In this document: positions 46,821 through 56,244 of the stretch, in pieces | Numbering within the stretch: the stretch's first letter is position 1 | Layout: each line of letters opens with the position of its first letter | Assembly (NCBI GenBank): GCA_038206135.1 | Contig: JBBRBD010000001.1 | Span: 1,919-65,918, forward strand | DNA: 64,000 nt | Direction: 5' to 3' | DNA from: Patescibacteria group bacterium | GTDB lineage: Bacteria; Patescibacteriota; Microgenomatia; UBA8517 | Notes under the pieces: generated by a model | Seen by the model: only the letters and a program-made list of their open reading frames with translations | Told to the model about the DNA's origin: nothing | Database searches by the model: none | Translations under genes and position numbers: made by a program

Positions 46821-47836
46821 CATTACTTCCCACAATCTCTGTTTGTATTGCAACTTATAATTCAGATTCAACTTTAGAGCGATGCTTACAAACTATTAGA
46901 TCACAAGACTATCCGCAATCTAAAATTGAAATAATCCTGGGTGATGGAGGATCCACTGACAAAACTGCAATAATAGCAAAAAGGTACCGATCTAAAGTAG
47001 TTTTAGTACCAAGAGATAAACAACATGCTGAATACAATAGAGGTGTAGCCTTTAATGCAGCGAAGAGTGAATTAGTGTTAATTCTTGATCACGACAACTT
47101 TTTACCTAATAAATCATGGTTACATTCAATGGTATTACCTCTTTTGGAAAACAAAGAAATTTTGGCAAGTAGCACCTGTTATTATGATTACAATAAAAAA
47201 TATGATCTAATGGATAGATATTTTGCTTTATTCGGAACAAGTGAACCGTTACCATTCTACCTACACAAGGCTGACAGATTGCCACAAACAGATAAGATCT
47301 GGACGCTATCAGGTAATTCGATAGATAAAGGGAACTACTTTGAGGTAAGTTTTTCCAAGAATCCTAGAGAATTTCCTTCCGTAGGATCAAATGGTTGTTT
47401 AATGCGTAGGGAAATTGTATTAAATTGTGCAAAAGCAGATCCAGACCATCATTACCCCATAGATGTATTGTTTGATTGCGTTAAAAAGGGACACAACAAG
47501 TTTGCATTTGTAAAAATATCGATCATTCATTTAACACATTCTCGCGGCTTAATTCAATTTATTAGACGTCGTGTCAAATTTGTAAATAAGTATCAATTTG
47601 ACGAACAAAGTAAACGAAGATGGAGTGTTGTAATGAAAGGTGATGAAAAAATGTTAGCAATATACATTTTATATAGTCTTACCGTTGTTAAACCTACCTG
47701 GGATGCGTTAAGAGGTTACATAAAAATTCATGACGCCGCTTGGTTTGTCCATCCAATTATGTGTTTAGTCACAACACTCCTTTATGGATATACAACTGTT
47801 TTACATATGATTAGTAGAAAAAGTATAACTATATGA
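46805..47836 (+). CDS. GT2 glycosyltransferase
   Basis: ISVCIATYNSDSTL, IILGDGGSTDKT, ILDHDN. Confidence 0.8.
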   Translation: MAHKVALLPTISVCIATYNSDSTLERCLQTIRSQDYPQSKIEIILGDGGSTDKTAIIAKRYRSKVVLVPRDKQHAEYNRGVAFNAAKSELVLILDHDNFLPNKSWLHSMVLPLLENKEILASSTCYYDYNKKYDLMDRYFALFGTSEPLPFYLHKADRLPQTDKIWTLSGNSIDKGNYFEVSFSKNPREFPSVGSNGCLMRREIVLNCAKADPDHHYPIDVLFDCVKKGHNKFAFVKISIIHLTHSRGLIQFIRRRVKFVNKYQFDEQSKRRWSVVMKGDEKMLAIYILYSLTVVKPTWDALRGYIKIHDAAWFVHPIMCLVTTLLYGYTTVLHMISRKSITI

Positions 47837-48963
47837 ATAGGCAAGTACTATTAGTTTCTATCGGTTTTTCTCCAAATGTGGGAGGAATAGAAACACATTT
47901 TGATGATTTAGTTGACGGATTGAAAATGCATAACTGGATTGTTACAGTTCTCACTTATCAACCCTTAACAAGCAATATAAAGGCTCCATATTTTGAGTAT
48001 TCAAAAAGTCTCTCTGTTTTTAGATTACCTATTCTAAAAGGTATTTTTTATAAATTTGTTAAATATCCAGTTTTGGAATTTCTTTTCTTGACTCCCGGTT
48101 TGTTTCTGTTTTTACCCTTTATATTACTGAATAATAGAAAAATAAAAGTAGTACATAGCCACGGCATTATTGCCGGTTTTGTTAGTCTTTTTTGGGGTAA
48201 AATCTTTAACATCAAAGTTATTACTACCACTCACTCAATTTACAATTTTCCGAAATCAGGTCTGTATCGTAATTTAGCTTCATTTATATTTAAAAACTCT
48301 GACTCAGTTTTGTGCTTATCCGATCAATCACTTAGAGAAGTCAAAGGATTAGGAGTACCTGCGTCAAAAATAAAACGTTTTACCTATTGGATAAATTTAA
48401 AAAAATTTTCACATGTACCGAATGCAAAATCAAAATTAAATTTAAAAAGATATTTTGTAGTTTTATTTGTCGGCCGTTTAATTCAGGAAAAAGGATTAAA
48501 AATTCTTTTGAATTCATTAAAATCATGGCCTAAGAACACTGAACTTCTTATAGCAGGAATTGGTCCACTTGAAAAATTGGTTCAAAGTTGTGAAATCAAT
48601 AGTAAGTATAATGTTAGATACTTGGGAAATGTTTCACAGAATAAACTCCCACTTTATTATTCTGCGGCTGATCTGCTTATTGTCCCTTCTATACATGAAG
48701 AAGGTTTTGGACGCGTTATAATAGAATCGTTAGCCTGTGGTACCCCTGTTGTTGGCGCAAATAGAGGTGCTATCCCTGAAGCTATGAATTCTAGCGTAGG
48801 AAAACTCATTACTATTTCCGAAGAGTCTATTTCTAAATCAATAAAACAGCTGTCAGTAGATATGGAATTGATGAGATCACTTAAAAATGCAAGTAGGCCA
48901 TATGCTGTGAAAAATTATTCGAATCAGAACCTAAACATAATTATCGATCAGTATAAATCATGA
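47833..48963 (+). CDS. GT4 glycosyltransferase (group 1)
   Basis: GGIETHF and C-terminal EGFGRVIIESLACGTPVVGANRGAIPE. ATGA overlap with the upstream gene. Confidence 0.8.
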   Translation: MNRQVLLVSIGFSPNVGGIETHFDDLVDGLKMHNWIVTVLTYQPLTSNIKAPYFEYSKSLSVFRLPILKGIFYKFVKYPVLEFLFLTPGLFLFLPFILLNNRKIKVVHSHGIIAGFVSLFWGKIFNIKVITTTHSIYNFPKSGLYRNLASFIFKNSDSVLCLSDQSLREVKGLGVPASKIKRFTYWINLKKFSHVPNAKSKLNLKRYFVVLFVGRLIQEKGLKILLNSLKSWPKNTELLIAGIGPLEKLVQSCEINSKYNVRYLGNVSQNKLPLYYSAADLLIVPSIHEEGFGRVIIESLACGTPVVGANRGAIPEAMNSSVGKLITISEESISKSIKQLSVDMELMRSLKNASRPYAVKNYSNQNLNIIIDQYKS

Positions 48964-49661
48964 GAATAAGACATAACAGTACTCCATCGGAAAATCTAAA
49001 TGGTTTTCACTACAAAGCGTTTAAACTTGTTTCAAAAAAAAGCATCGTCAATAAAAATATTCTGAACGTTGGGTGTGGTTTTGGATGGTTCGAGATGTTT
49101 GCACTTAAATTAAACCCAAATAAATTAGTAGGTATCGATATTGATAAAGATGCATTAAATATTGCTAAGCAAATTAAAAGTAAAAAGTTAACTTTCTTAG
49201 AAGGAAGTGCAATAAATATCGTGTTTAAGAAAAATACTTTCGATACTGTTGTTAGTTGGGAAGTACTTGAACACATAACACCGGGAAGCGAACAATTAAT
49301 GTTTGATGAAATCTTTAGAGTGCTAAAGCCAGATGGCTATTTGTATTTGTCTACACAACACAATAACGTGTTTTCAATGGTTACAGATCCCGCTTGGTGG
49401 CTTACTGGTCATAGACACTATTCTGTATCAAAAATACGTAGTTTATCCGTAAATAGCGGCTTCAATGTTCACAGTTTAGAAACACATGGTGGGTTTATAA
49501 CGCTTATATATATTCTTAATATGTATTTTTCTAAGTGGGTATTGAATAGAGAACCATTCTTTAATAGCTACTTTGTAAGAAAAACAACAACTGAGTACTT
49601 GAATAAGAGTGGTTTTCATAATATCTTTCTAATATGCAACAAGCCCAAAAAACAAAACTAA
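48960..49661 (+). CDS. class I SAM-dependent methyltransferase
   Basis: Motif I ILNVGCGFGWF, VGIDIDKDAL, SWEVLEHI, LKPDGYLYLST. ATGA overlap with the upstream gene. Confidence 0.8.
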   Translation: MRIRHNSTPSENLNGFHYKAFKLVSKKSIVNKNILNVGCGFGWFEMFALKLNPNKLVGIDIDKDALNIAKQIKSKKLTFLEGSAINIVFKKNTFDTVVSWEVLEHITPGSEQLMFDEIFRVLKPDGYLYLSTQHNNVFSMVTDPAWWLTGHRHYSVSKIRSLSVNSGFNVHSLETHGGFITLIYILNMYFSKWVLNREPFFNSYFVRKTTTEYLNKSGFHNIFLICNKPKKQN

Positions 49662-50473
49662 ATTTACTTCTTCAAAATACTGCTGATATAGCTCTTAGGC
49701 GACGAGCTCGAAAAATTATTGAAGAAATTAATCCCAAGCCTAATGATAAGATTCTTGAGATCGGTTGTGGTGATGGATATTATTTGAACATTTTGTTCTT
49801 ATTAGAAAATAAGGCTAAATATTCAGGAGTAGATATAGATAAAAACTCGTTATCTTCTGCAAAGCGAAATTTAAAAGGAAAAAATATAAATTTATACAAA
49901 GCAGATCTTATGAAAAAACTACCGTTTGTAAAAAACTCATTTGATAAAGTTATAATGAGCGAAGTTGCAGAACATTTATCAGATGACGCAAAAGGTATTA
50001 GAGAGGCAAGACGAGTATTGAAGCCAAATGGTTTAATTTGTATTTCAGTCCCGAGCGCAAATTACCCATTTTTGTGGGATCCTGTGAATTGGGTTATTGA
50101 ACATCTAACTGGACATCACATTAAAAGTGGTTTTTGGGCGGGTATATGGAATCAGCATTTAAGACTTTATAAACCTGAGCATATAAGAAACTTAGTAAAC
50201 GATTCTGGCTTTAAAGTTAAAAAAACTTTTGCAATAACCCAATGGTCGCTTCCTTTTAATCATAATATTATTAATTTAGGCGCTCGAATGCTTGCGAGAG
50301 GTGCAAGAGACTCGTCGCTTATTGCAGGAGCAAATAAGTTTTCAGTTGATTCAAAAAAGTCTGGTATTATGAAATTTTATTACGGTATTTCAAATTTCGT
50401 AGATAAATTGAATGATAGAGATCAATCAAAGGGTTCAGGAGTCTCGAACTTAGTTGTGGCTGAGAAGATATAA
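49634..50473 (+). CDS. class I SAM-dependent methyltransferase
   Basis: ILEIGCGDGYY, GVDIDKNSL, MSEVAEHL, LKPNGLICISVP. Confidence 0.8.
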   Translation: MQQAQKTKLNLLLQNTADIALRRRARKIIEEINPKPNDKILEIGCGDGYYLNILFLLENKAKYSGVDIDKNSLSSAKRNLKGKNINLYKADLMKKLPFVKNSFDKVIMSEVAEHLSDDAKGIREARRVLKPNGLICISVPSANYPFLWDPVNWVIEHLTGHHIKSGFWAGIWNQHLRLYKPEHIRNLVNDSGFKVKKTFAITQWSLPFNHNIINLGARMLARGARDSSLIAGANKFSVDSKKSGIMKFYYGISNFVDKLNDRDQSKGSGVSNLVVAEKI

Positions 50474-50498
50474 AAGTAGTATATAATTCAGCTATGTG

Positions 50499-50520
50499 TA
50501 TAGTGACATCTGTGTTTATA
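50499..50520 (+). promoter_or_regulatory. intergenic motif TATAGTGACATCTGTGTTTATA (copy 2 of the 11-mer GTGACATCTGT)
   Basis: Same 11-mer as at 14552-14562. Lies in the 109-nt gap between the methyltransferase gene and the wecB-like gene. A TATAAT-containing stretch (gtagtatataattc) lies just upstream. Confidence 0.3.
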
Positions 50521-50582
50521 TTTGACGTTTTTGAACTTCGAAAGTTTTTTTTCATTATTAATCGGGTAAATACTAATTATTA

Positions 50583-51683
50583 ATGAAAAAGTTTTATTTC
50601 TTCATAGGTACTACAGCTGAATTAATCAAAATTGCACCTGTCATGTCAGAGTTTGAAAAACGGAATATAGAATATAATGTTATTGCCTCAAATCAAAATA
50701 CGCTAAGATTTGAAGAAGTAGAGTCAATTGTGAAAAGAAAGTCTGCAGATTATACTCTTAGAATTCCTCATATAAACGAAAATCTAAATATTTATCTCAA
50801 ATTTATAGTATGGCTAATTAAGACAACAGCTAACTATTATTTATATTTTAGAAGGGAATTTAAAAATTTCAATAAAAAAAATGTCTATTTTATAGTCCAC
50901 GGAGATACTATCTCAGCATTACTTGGCTCAGTAGTATCTAAAATAAACGGTGTTAAAGTAGTTCATGTGGAGGCAGGTTTAAGATCCTTCAATTTTTTTG
51001 AACCCTTCCCTGAAGAATTGTGTAGATATATTATTTCCTCTATTTCCGACATTCATTTTTCTCCAAATTCGTGGGCTATAAAAAATTTGAAGAATAAAAA
51101 AGGAGTAAAGATTAATACATTCAGTAATACAAACTACGAAAGCGTTACAAATGCGTTAAAAGTATTAAATATAACTCCCAAAGATAAAATTACAAAAAGT
51201 AAGTACTTCATATTAGTAATACACAGACAGGAACATATCCTTTTCAACAAACAAATCACTCAAAATATAATCAATACATTTATTCATAATATTAACTCCA
51301 ATTTAAAATGTGTTTTTATTATGCATCCTCTGACTAAAAATTACCTCGTTAATGTAGGAATGTATGAAAAAATATTGCAAAACAAAAATATTGTAATTGT
51401 CGAGAGACTACCTTATATTAATTTTATTGATTTGCTTTCAAAATCTGAATTTATTGCAACAGATGGTGGTAGTAATCAGGAAGATGCATTTTATCTTGGT
51501 AAGCCTTGTTTAGTACTTAGGAAAAGAACTGAGAGAATAGAAGGATTAAAGCAGAATGTTGTTATTGGGGGAAATAATATCGCAAAAATTAACAAATTCA
51601 TAAATGAATATAAAAAATATAAAATTAAATTGCCAAAATATGAACTACTTGCGTCCACAATTATTGTTGACAATCTCACATGA
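50583..51683 (+). CDS. wecB: UDP-N-acetylglucosamine 2-epimerase (WecB/MnaA-like)
   Basis: GTTAELIKIAP (compare GTRPEAIKMAP), VHGDTISALLG, HVEAGLRS (the HVEAGLRT signature), HFSPNS, TDGGSNQEDAFYLGKPCLVLRKRTERIE (compare [28 protein letters not shown]). Confidence 0.8.
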   Translation: MKKFYFFIGTTAELIKIAPVMSEFEKRNIEYNVIASNQNTLRFEEVESIVKRKSADYTLRIPHINENLNIYLKFIVWLIKTTANYYLYFRREFKNFNKKNVYFIVHGDTISALLGSVVSKINGVKVVHVEAGLRSFNFFEPFPEELCRYIISSISDIHFSPNSWAIKNLKNKKGVKINTFSNTNYESVTNALKVLNITPKDKITKSKYFILVIHRQEHILFNKQITQNIINTFIHNINSNLKCVFIMHPLTKNYLVNVGMYEKILQNKNIVIVERLPYINFIDLLSKSEFIATDGGSNQEDAFYLGKPCLVLRKRTERIEGLKQNVVIGGNNIAKINKFINEYKKYKIKLPKYELLASTIIVDNLT

Positions 51684-52729
51684 ACAGAAAAAATATACTA
51701 TTGTCAGTTATAATTGCAACGTATAATTCTGAAAAAACACTTACCAAAGTATTAGATTCTGTTCAAAGTCAGACGCTTTCTAGCGAAAAATTTGAAATAC
51801 TAATCGTTGACGGTGGTTCATCTGATTCAACTCTTAATATTGCAAAAGATCATAAGTGTAAGATTTTTAAGAATACAGAGACTAATCCAGTCGCTGGGAA
51901 ACTATTGGGTTATCAGAAGGCTCAAGGAAAATATATTATGTATCTTGATCATGACGAATTAATTGACAAGAATACTAGTTTAGAAGTTAAATTAAGTGCA
52001 TTATCCTCTAACCCTAACGTGAAGGCCGTAGCTGGAGGTAACTACGTAAATCCTCCTAACTATCCATTTATAAATCAATATATCAACGAGTTCGGAGATC
52101 CTTTTTCTTTCTTCATGTATAGGATTTCTAAAAGAAACCGTATTTTTTATGAAAACATGAAAGAAAGATACGATTGTGACAAAGAAACGAATAAGTATGG
52201 AATTTTTTCTTTTATATATGTTATAAATTATCCGATTATAGAACTAGTCGCAGGTGGAAGTATGTTTGATGCTGAATTTTTAAAAAGGAAATATCCGAAC
52301 ACACTTAATACACAAAGCTTACTTCCACACCTGTTTTATCTCATTTGTAAGACCAATCCGTTTTTAGTTGTATTGAAGAACGACCCGTATATTCATTATT
52401 CTTCTGATTCATTTAAAAGGTATATTCGTAAAATATCTTGGAGAGTACGGAATAATATCTATCTTAAAGATTCATTGGGATCATCTGGTTACACGGGAAG
52501 AGAAGAATACTCTGGCAATTTTTGGAAATTCAAAAAATATTTATTTATACCATATTCACTTTTAATATTACCTGTTTTATCAGACGCGCTATATTTATCT
52601 TTTAAGCGTAAAGATTCAAGATATCTTTTACATATATTATTAAGTATTATTACTGCTGCAATGATTATTTACCATGCAATATTAAATATATCTGGCGCGA
52701 AGTTTAATTTAAAAGTATATGGTAGTTAG
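51680..52729 (+). CDS. GT2 glycosyltransferase
   Basis: LSVIIATYNSEKTL, ILIVDGGSSDST, YLDHDE. ATGA overlap with the upstream gene. Confidence 0.8.
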   Translation: MNRKNILLSVIIATYNSEKTLTKVLDSVQSQTLSSEKFEILIVDGGSSDSTLNIAKDHKCKIFKNTETNPVAGKLLGYQKAQGKYIMYLDHDELIDKNTSLEVKLSALSSNPNVKAVAGGNYVNPPNYPFINQYINEFGDPFSFFMYRISKRNRIFYENMKERYDCDKETNKYGIFSFIYVINYPIIELVAGGSMFDAEFLKRKYPNTLNTQSLLPHLFYLICKTNPFLVVLKNDPYIHYSSDSFKRYIRKISWRVRNNIYLKDSLGSSGYTGREEYSGNFWKFKKYLFIPYSLLILPVLSDALYLSFKRKDSRYLLHILLSIITAAMIIYHAILNISGAKFNLKVYGS

Positions 52730-52732
52730 ATT

Positions 52733-54739
52733 ATGTTTGTCACCAATTATATGAACAAAATAATTTTGTCATCATTTTTATATTATTCTAGGAAGATAAA
52801 AGGTCACTTCATAATTATATTTTTTATAATACTATCAGTTATTCTTGTACAGGCATGGTTTTCGCATCACAATTTAATCGCGACAGGTGAGGAAGGGTTA
52901 ATGTTTTATAATCCTCAAATTTTACTGTCTAAATTTGGTTCAAGTTGGATAGATACAGGTCTAGGAGCCCCAAACCCCGGTTTTATTCCAAGAATTCCTT
53001 TTTTTTGGTTACTTTCAGCTCTCAACAGTTTATTCCCGTCATGGATTAGTGAGTTAATTGTATTTGCAACTTTACTTTCAGTAGGTGGAATTGGCACCTA
53101 CTATTTGGGTAGTAAATATATATGGAGTAATAGGATGTCAAACTTTATTGCAGCCAACTTCTACATTTTAAATTTGTATACTCAAACACAAATTTTTAAC
53201 AGATTTCTTACACCATCAATGTTTGCTTGGAGCTTTTTACCATGGTTTATATACCTTTGGCTAAACTGGATAAAGATTGGAAAATTAAAGCAAATTATTT
53301 ACTTTGTTCTCTGCTGTTTACTTTTTTCAAATATGTATTCATCGCCGGCGAATGTAATCACTATGTGGCTGCCAGCAGCAATTCTTTCATTATCTTTATT
53401 CAAAAAATCTGAATGGAAGGTTTATTTATTTCGATTTACTTTAGGCATTTTTTTGTGGTTACTTGCGAATTTGTGGTGGCTATATCCGATTATAACAATA
53501 GGAAGTGATACATTTTCTGAGGTTTTTACACTAAAATATAATATAGACTCGCTCTCAAGTGTATCGAGTCAGTTCGATTGGTGGCATTACCTTGTTTTCT
53601 ATCATTGGTTGTATATGTCGCCAACTGGACCTTGGGGAATATTATATACATTGCCTCATCGCATATTTATTTCCTTCATTCCGCTGTTTTTTCTACCCGT
53701 AGGCTTAATTAAAACACCAAGGAGTAATATTAAATATTTCTTAATAATTTTATTACTTCTGTCATGGTTTATTATAAAAGGAACAAATCCACCTCTAGGA
53801 ACTCGCTTTTACACTTTATTATTTTCTGCATCTAGTTTGTTTGAGGTATTTAGAAATCCATTTGAAAAATTTGGAATAGTCTGGTTACTGATATATTCAT
53901 TTTTCTTTGGGGCAGGGTTATCATGGTTTATTGCTAAAAATTCAAACACTCTAAAAAAGATTATTGGATATACTTCAATGTTTATAGTTTTTTATATAGT
54001 AGTGAAACCTATGTGGAATGGACAAATATATCAAGTTAATACGAAAGTTACAGTGCCTAGTTATTACACAAATTTAAACGAATTTTTAAAAAACACAAAA
54101 AATGATAGTAGGGTGGTGCTTTTGCCATTAATTGGAGGAGATTCAGTTAAATATAATTGGGGTTATCAGGGCATAGATGCATCTGATGTACTTATACAAA
54201 AAGAATCGCTCTCAAGAGTATTACCACAAACACTGGCAGACGTAGAACGATCAAAGTTCAAAGTTAGTTTTAATAGTGGTAAAGATTTTAGGAAAGAGCT
54301 GGAGGACATGAATATTGAATATCTTCTTGTTCAAAATGATTTAGATTATGTAACTAGTGATGCAAGTTCATCTGCATCAGTTTCAAAACGATTAATATCA
54401 TCAGCATTACAGAAAGTTACCTCTATTGGACCAATCGATATATATAAATACGAACAAACTAATCCTGGGCTCTTTGTAATTGAAAATGGCGAAAAATCTG
54501 TAGTTAGCTACACTAAATTGTCGAATACACACTATCGTGTTTATGTAAAAAACGCTAACAGTGAAGCTATCCTAGTATTTCGAGAAACTTATCACAAAAA
54601 TTGGCATGCTACATTGAATGATAAATTAATATCAGATCACTATATTTGGGAAGGTTATGGAAACAGCTGGAAATTACATAATAGCGGAGATTATGCAGTT
54701 GAAGTAACATTTCCTACAATGCCATGGAATCATTTGTAA
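52733..54739 (+). CDS. large polytopic membrane protein, DUF3367/AftD-like (arabinofuranosyltransferase-like GT-C candidate)
   Basis: 668 aa. N-terminal LIATGEEGLMFYNPQ...SSWIDTGLGAPNPGFIPRIPFFW, more than 12 TM, and a large C-terminal soluble domain. Paralog of the partial gene at 63236. Confidence 0.5.
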   Translation: MFVTNYMNKIILSSFLYYSRKIKGHFIIIFFIILSVILVQAWFSHHNLIATGEEGLMFYNPQILLSKFGSSWIDTGLGAPNPGFIPRIPFFWLLSALNSLFPSWISELIVFATLLSVGGIGTYYLGSKYIWSNRMSNFIAANFYILNLYTQTQIFNRFLTPSMFAWSFLPWFIYLWLNWIKIGKLKQIIYFVLCCLLFSNMYSSPANVITMWLPAAILSLSLFKKSEWKVYLFRFTLGIFLWLLANLWWLYPIITIGSDTFSEVFTLKYNIDSLSSVSSQFDWWHYLVFYHWLYMSPTGPWGILYTLPHRIFISFIPLFFLPVGLIKTPRSNIKYFLIILLLLSWFIIKGTNPPLGTRFYTLLFSASSLFEVFRNPFEKFGIVWLLIYSFFFGAGLSWFIAKNSNTLKKIIGYTSMFIVFYIVVKPMWNGQIYQVNTKVTVPSYYTNLNEFLKNTKNDSRVVLLPLIGGDSVKYNWGYQGIDASDVLIQKESLSRVLPQTLADVERSKFKVSFNSGKDFRKELEDMNIEYLLVQNDLDYVTSDASSSASVSKRLISSALQKVTSIGPIDIYKYEQTNPGLFVIENGEKSVVSYTKLSNTHYRVYVKNANSEAILVFRETYHKNWHATLNDKLISDHYIWEGYGNSWKLHNSGDYAVEVTFPTMPWNHL

Positions 54740-56244
54740 AGTCTAGAAAGTTCGATTTTCTTGTCGTAGTTATACTAATCGGAATTACCTTTTACTTTCT
54801 TCGAGGATTTCTAAAATTTGGAATTTGCTGCGACGATTATTTTTTGTTATATGCAGTAAAAAACAAACTTACATATAACCCATGGATGATAACTGATTAC
54901 ATAGTTGGCCCATACTCTGGTCAATACATCCTTATAGGTGTATTGAATAAAGTAGTACATTACAATTCCTATTATTACTTCTTCACTTCTATCTTGTTGA
55001 GAGCTTGTGTGTCAATTTCCCTGTACTTACTAACTAAGTATATTACGACAAATAAAGTTCTAGCGTTTATTGCTGGAGTATTATTTTCTATTCAATATGC
55101 AGGTATACAAACAACTGAAGCAGTGGTTAATTCAAGTAACTATGTATCTTTATTTTTTTGGATAATATCCTTTCAATTTTTGTTAAGATATTATTTTGAT
55201 TCAAAAAGATACTACTTAAACTTTTTTTATTTTTTATTATTTGCATCAATTTCATTAATAGTAGCTACTTCTAGAGCAAACGGCATTATTTTTGTATTTT
55301 TTATTTTAGAATTTATTTTTTTGATTTTTAAAAAAACAACATATAAATTATCAGCGTTAAGATTATTCTTCTTTTTTACTCTACTTTATTTAATAAAGAT
55401 AATCGGTTTTTTTAAACCAGTTGGAAGTGCAAATGTAAATCCCTTGTTAAGTATGGAGAAATCAATAAATTCATTGTTTGCCGCAAAACTATGGTTATCA
55501 TATTTTGTAAAAAACATTGTAGAGATTATAGTTCCTCCACGATATTCAAGTGCTGTAAATATATGGGTGTTTTGTGTCCTTATATCTCTAATATTATTTT
55601 ATACTTATGTACGCTCCAATGAGAAATATCGAATTGTCCTATTAGTTTCAATTAGTTGGTTCTTCGCCTTTATGCTGGCACCATATACTTATTATCCAAA
55701 TTCTTATAATGAAGTAACTTCTCGATATCTGCTTTTCCCTTCAATTGGCATTTTAATTATTATATCTTTATTTTTAGAGACACTTTTTAAAGAAAAATTG
55801 TTGTTTTATAAGATATCAGCAGTAAGTATTTGTGCATTGCTATTAATTATAAACACAGTAAGTATTAACAATTTTATATCCGATGTAAGTGTATATCGTA
55901 ATAATGAGAAAATCGAAGCTATCTTTAAAGTTATGAATGCTGAAGTCTCAAAAAGCATTGGTACGAAAAGACCACTTATATATATACAATCTGATGATTC
56001 CACATTTGTTTATTTTGCTGTGCTTTATGGCGGTCAGGAGCGATTTTCTTTGAGAAATCAATATTTTGATACTGCATACTTTCCATTCATTATTACTGAT
56101 AGACTTTCAATACCTGATGAGATTATTAAAAATAATATATCTGTCAATGATTTTTATTCATTTAATATAGTGTCTGGGAATGCAATATCTAGTACTGTAG
56201 AGGAAAGGAAAAAATATTTTTATGAAACTACTAGATTACATTAA
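54724..56244 (+). CDS. polytopic membrane protein, unclassified (GT-C-like candidate, DD loop motif)
   Basis: About 12 TM. First loop GICCDDYFLLYAVKN. Paralogous to the 56222 product. Confidence 0.5.
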   Translation: MESFVKSRKFDFLVVVILIGITFYFLRGFLKFGICCDDYFLLYAVKNKLTYNPWMITDYIVGPYSGQYILIGVLNKVVHYNSYYYFFTSILLRACVSISLYLLTKYITTNKVLAFIAGVLFSIQYAGIQTTEAVVNSSNYVSLFFWIISFQFLLRYYFDSKRYYLNFFYFLLFASISLIVATSRANGIIFVFFILEFIFLIFKKTTYKLSALRLFFFFTLLYLIKIIGFFKPVGSANVNPLLSMEKSINSLFAAKLWLSYFVKNIVEIIVPPRYSSAVNIWVFCVLISLILFYTYVRSNEKYRIVLLVSISWFFAFMLAPYTYYPNSYNEVTSRYLLFPSIGILIIISLFLETLFKEKLLFYKISAVSICALLLIINTVSINNFISDVSVYRNNEKIEAIFKVMNAEVSKSIGTKRPLIYIQSDDSTFVYFAVLYGGQERFSLRNQYFDTAYFPFIITDRLSIPDEIIKNNISVNDFYSFNIVSGNAISSTVEERKKYFYETTRLH

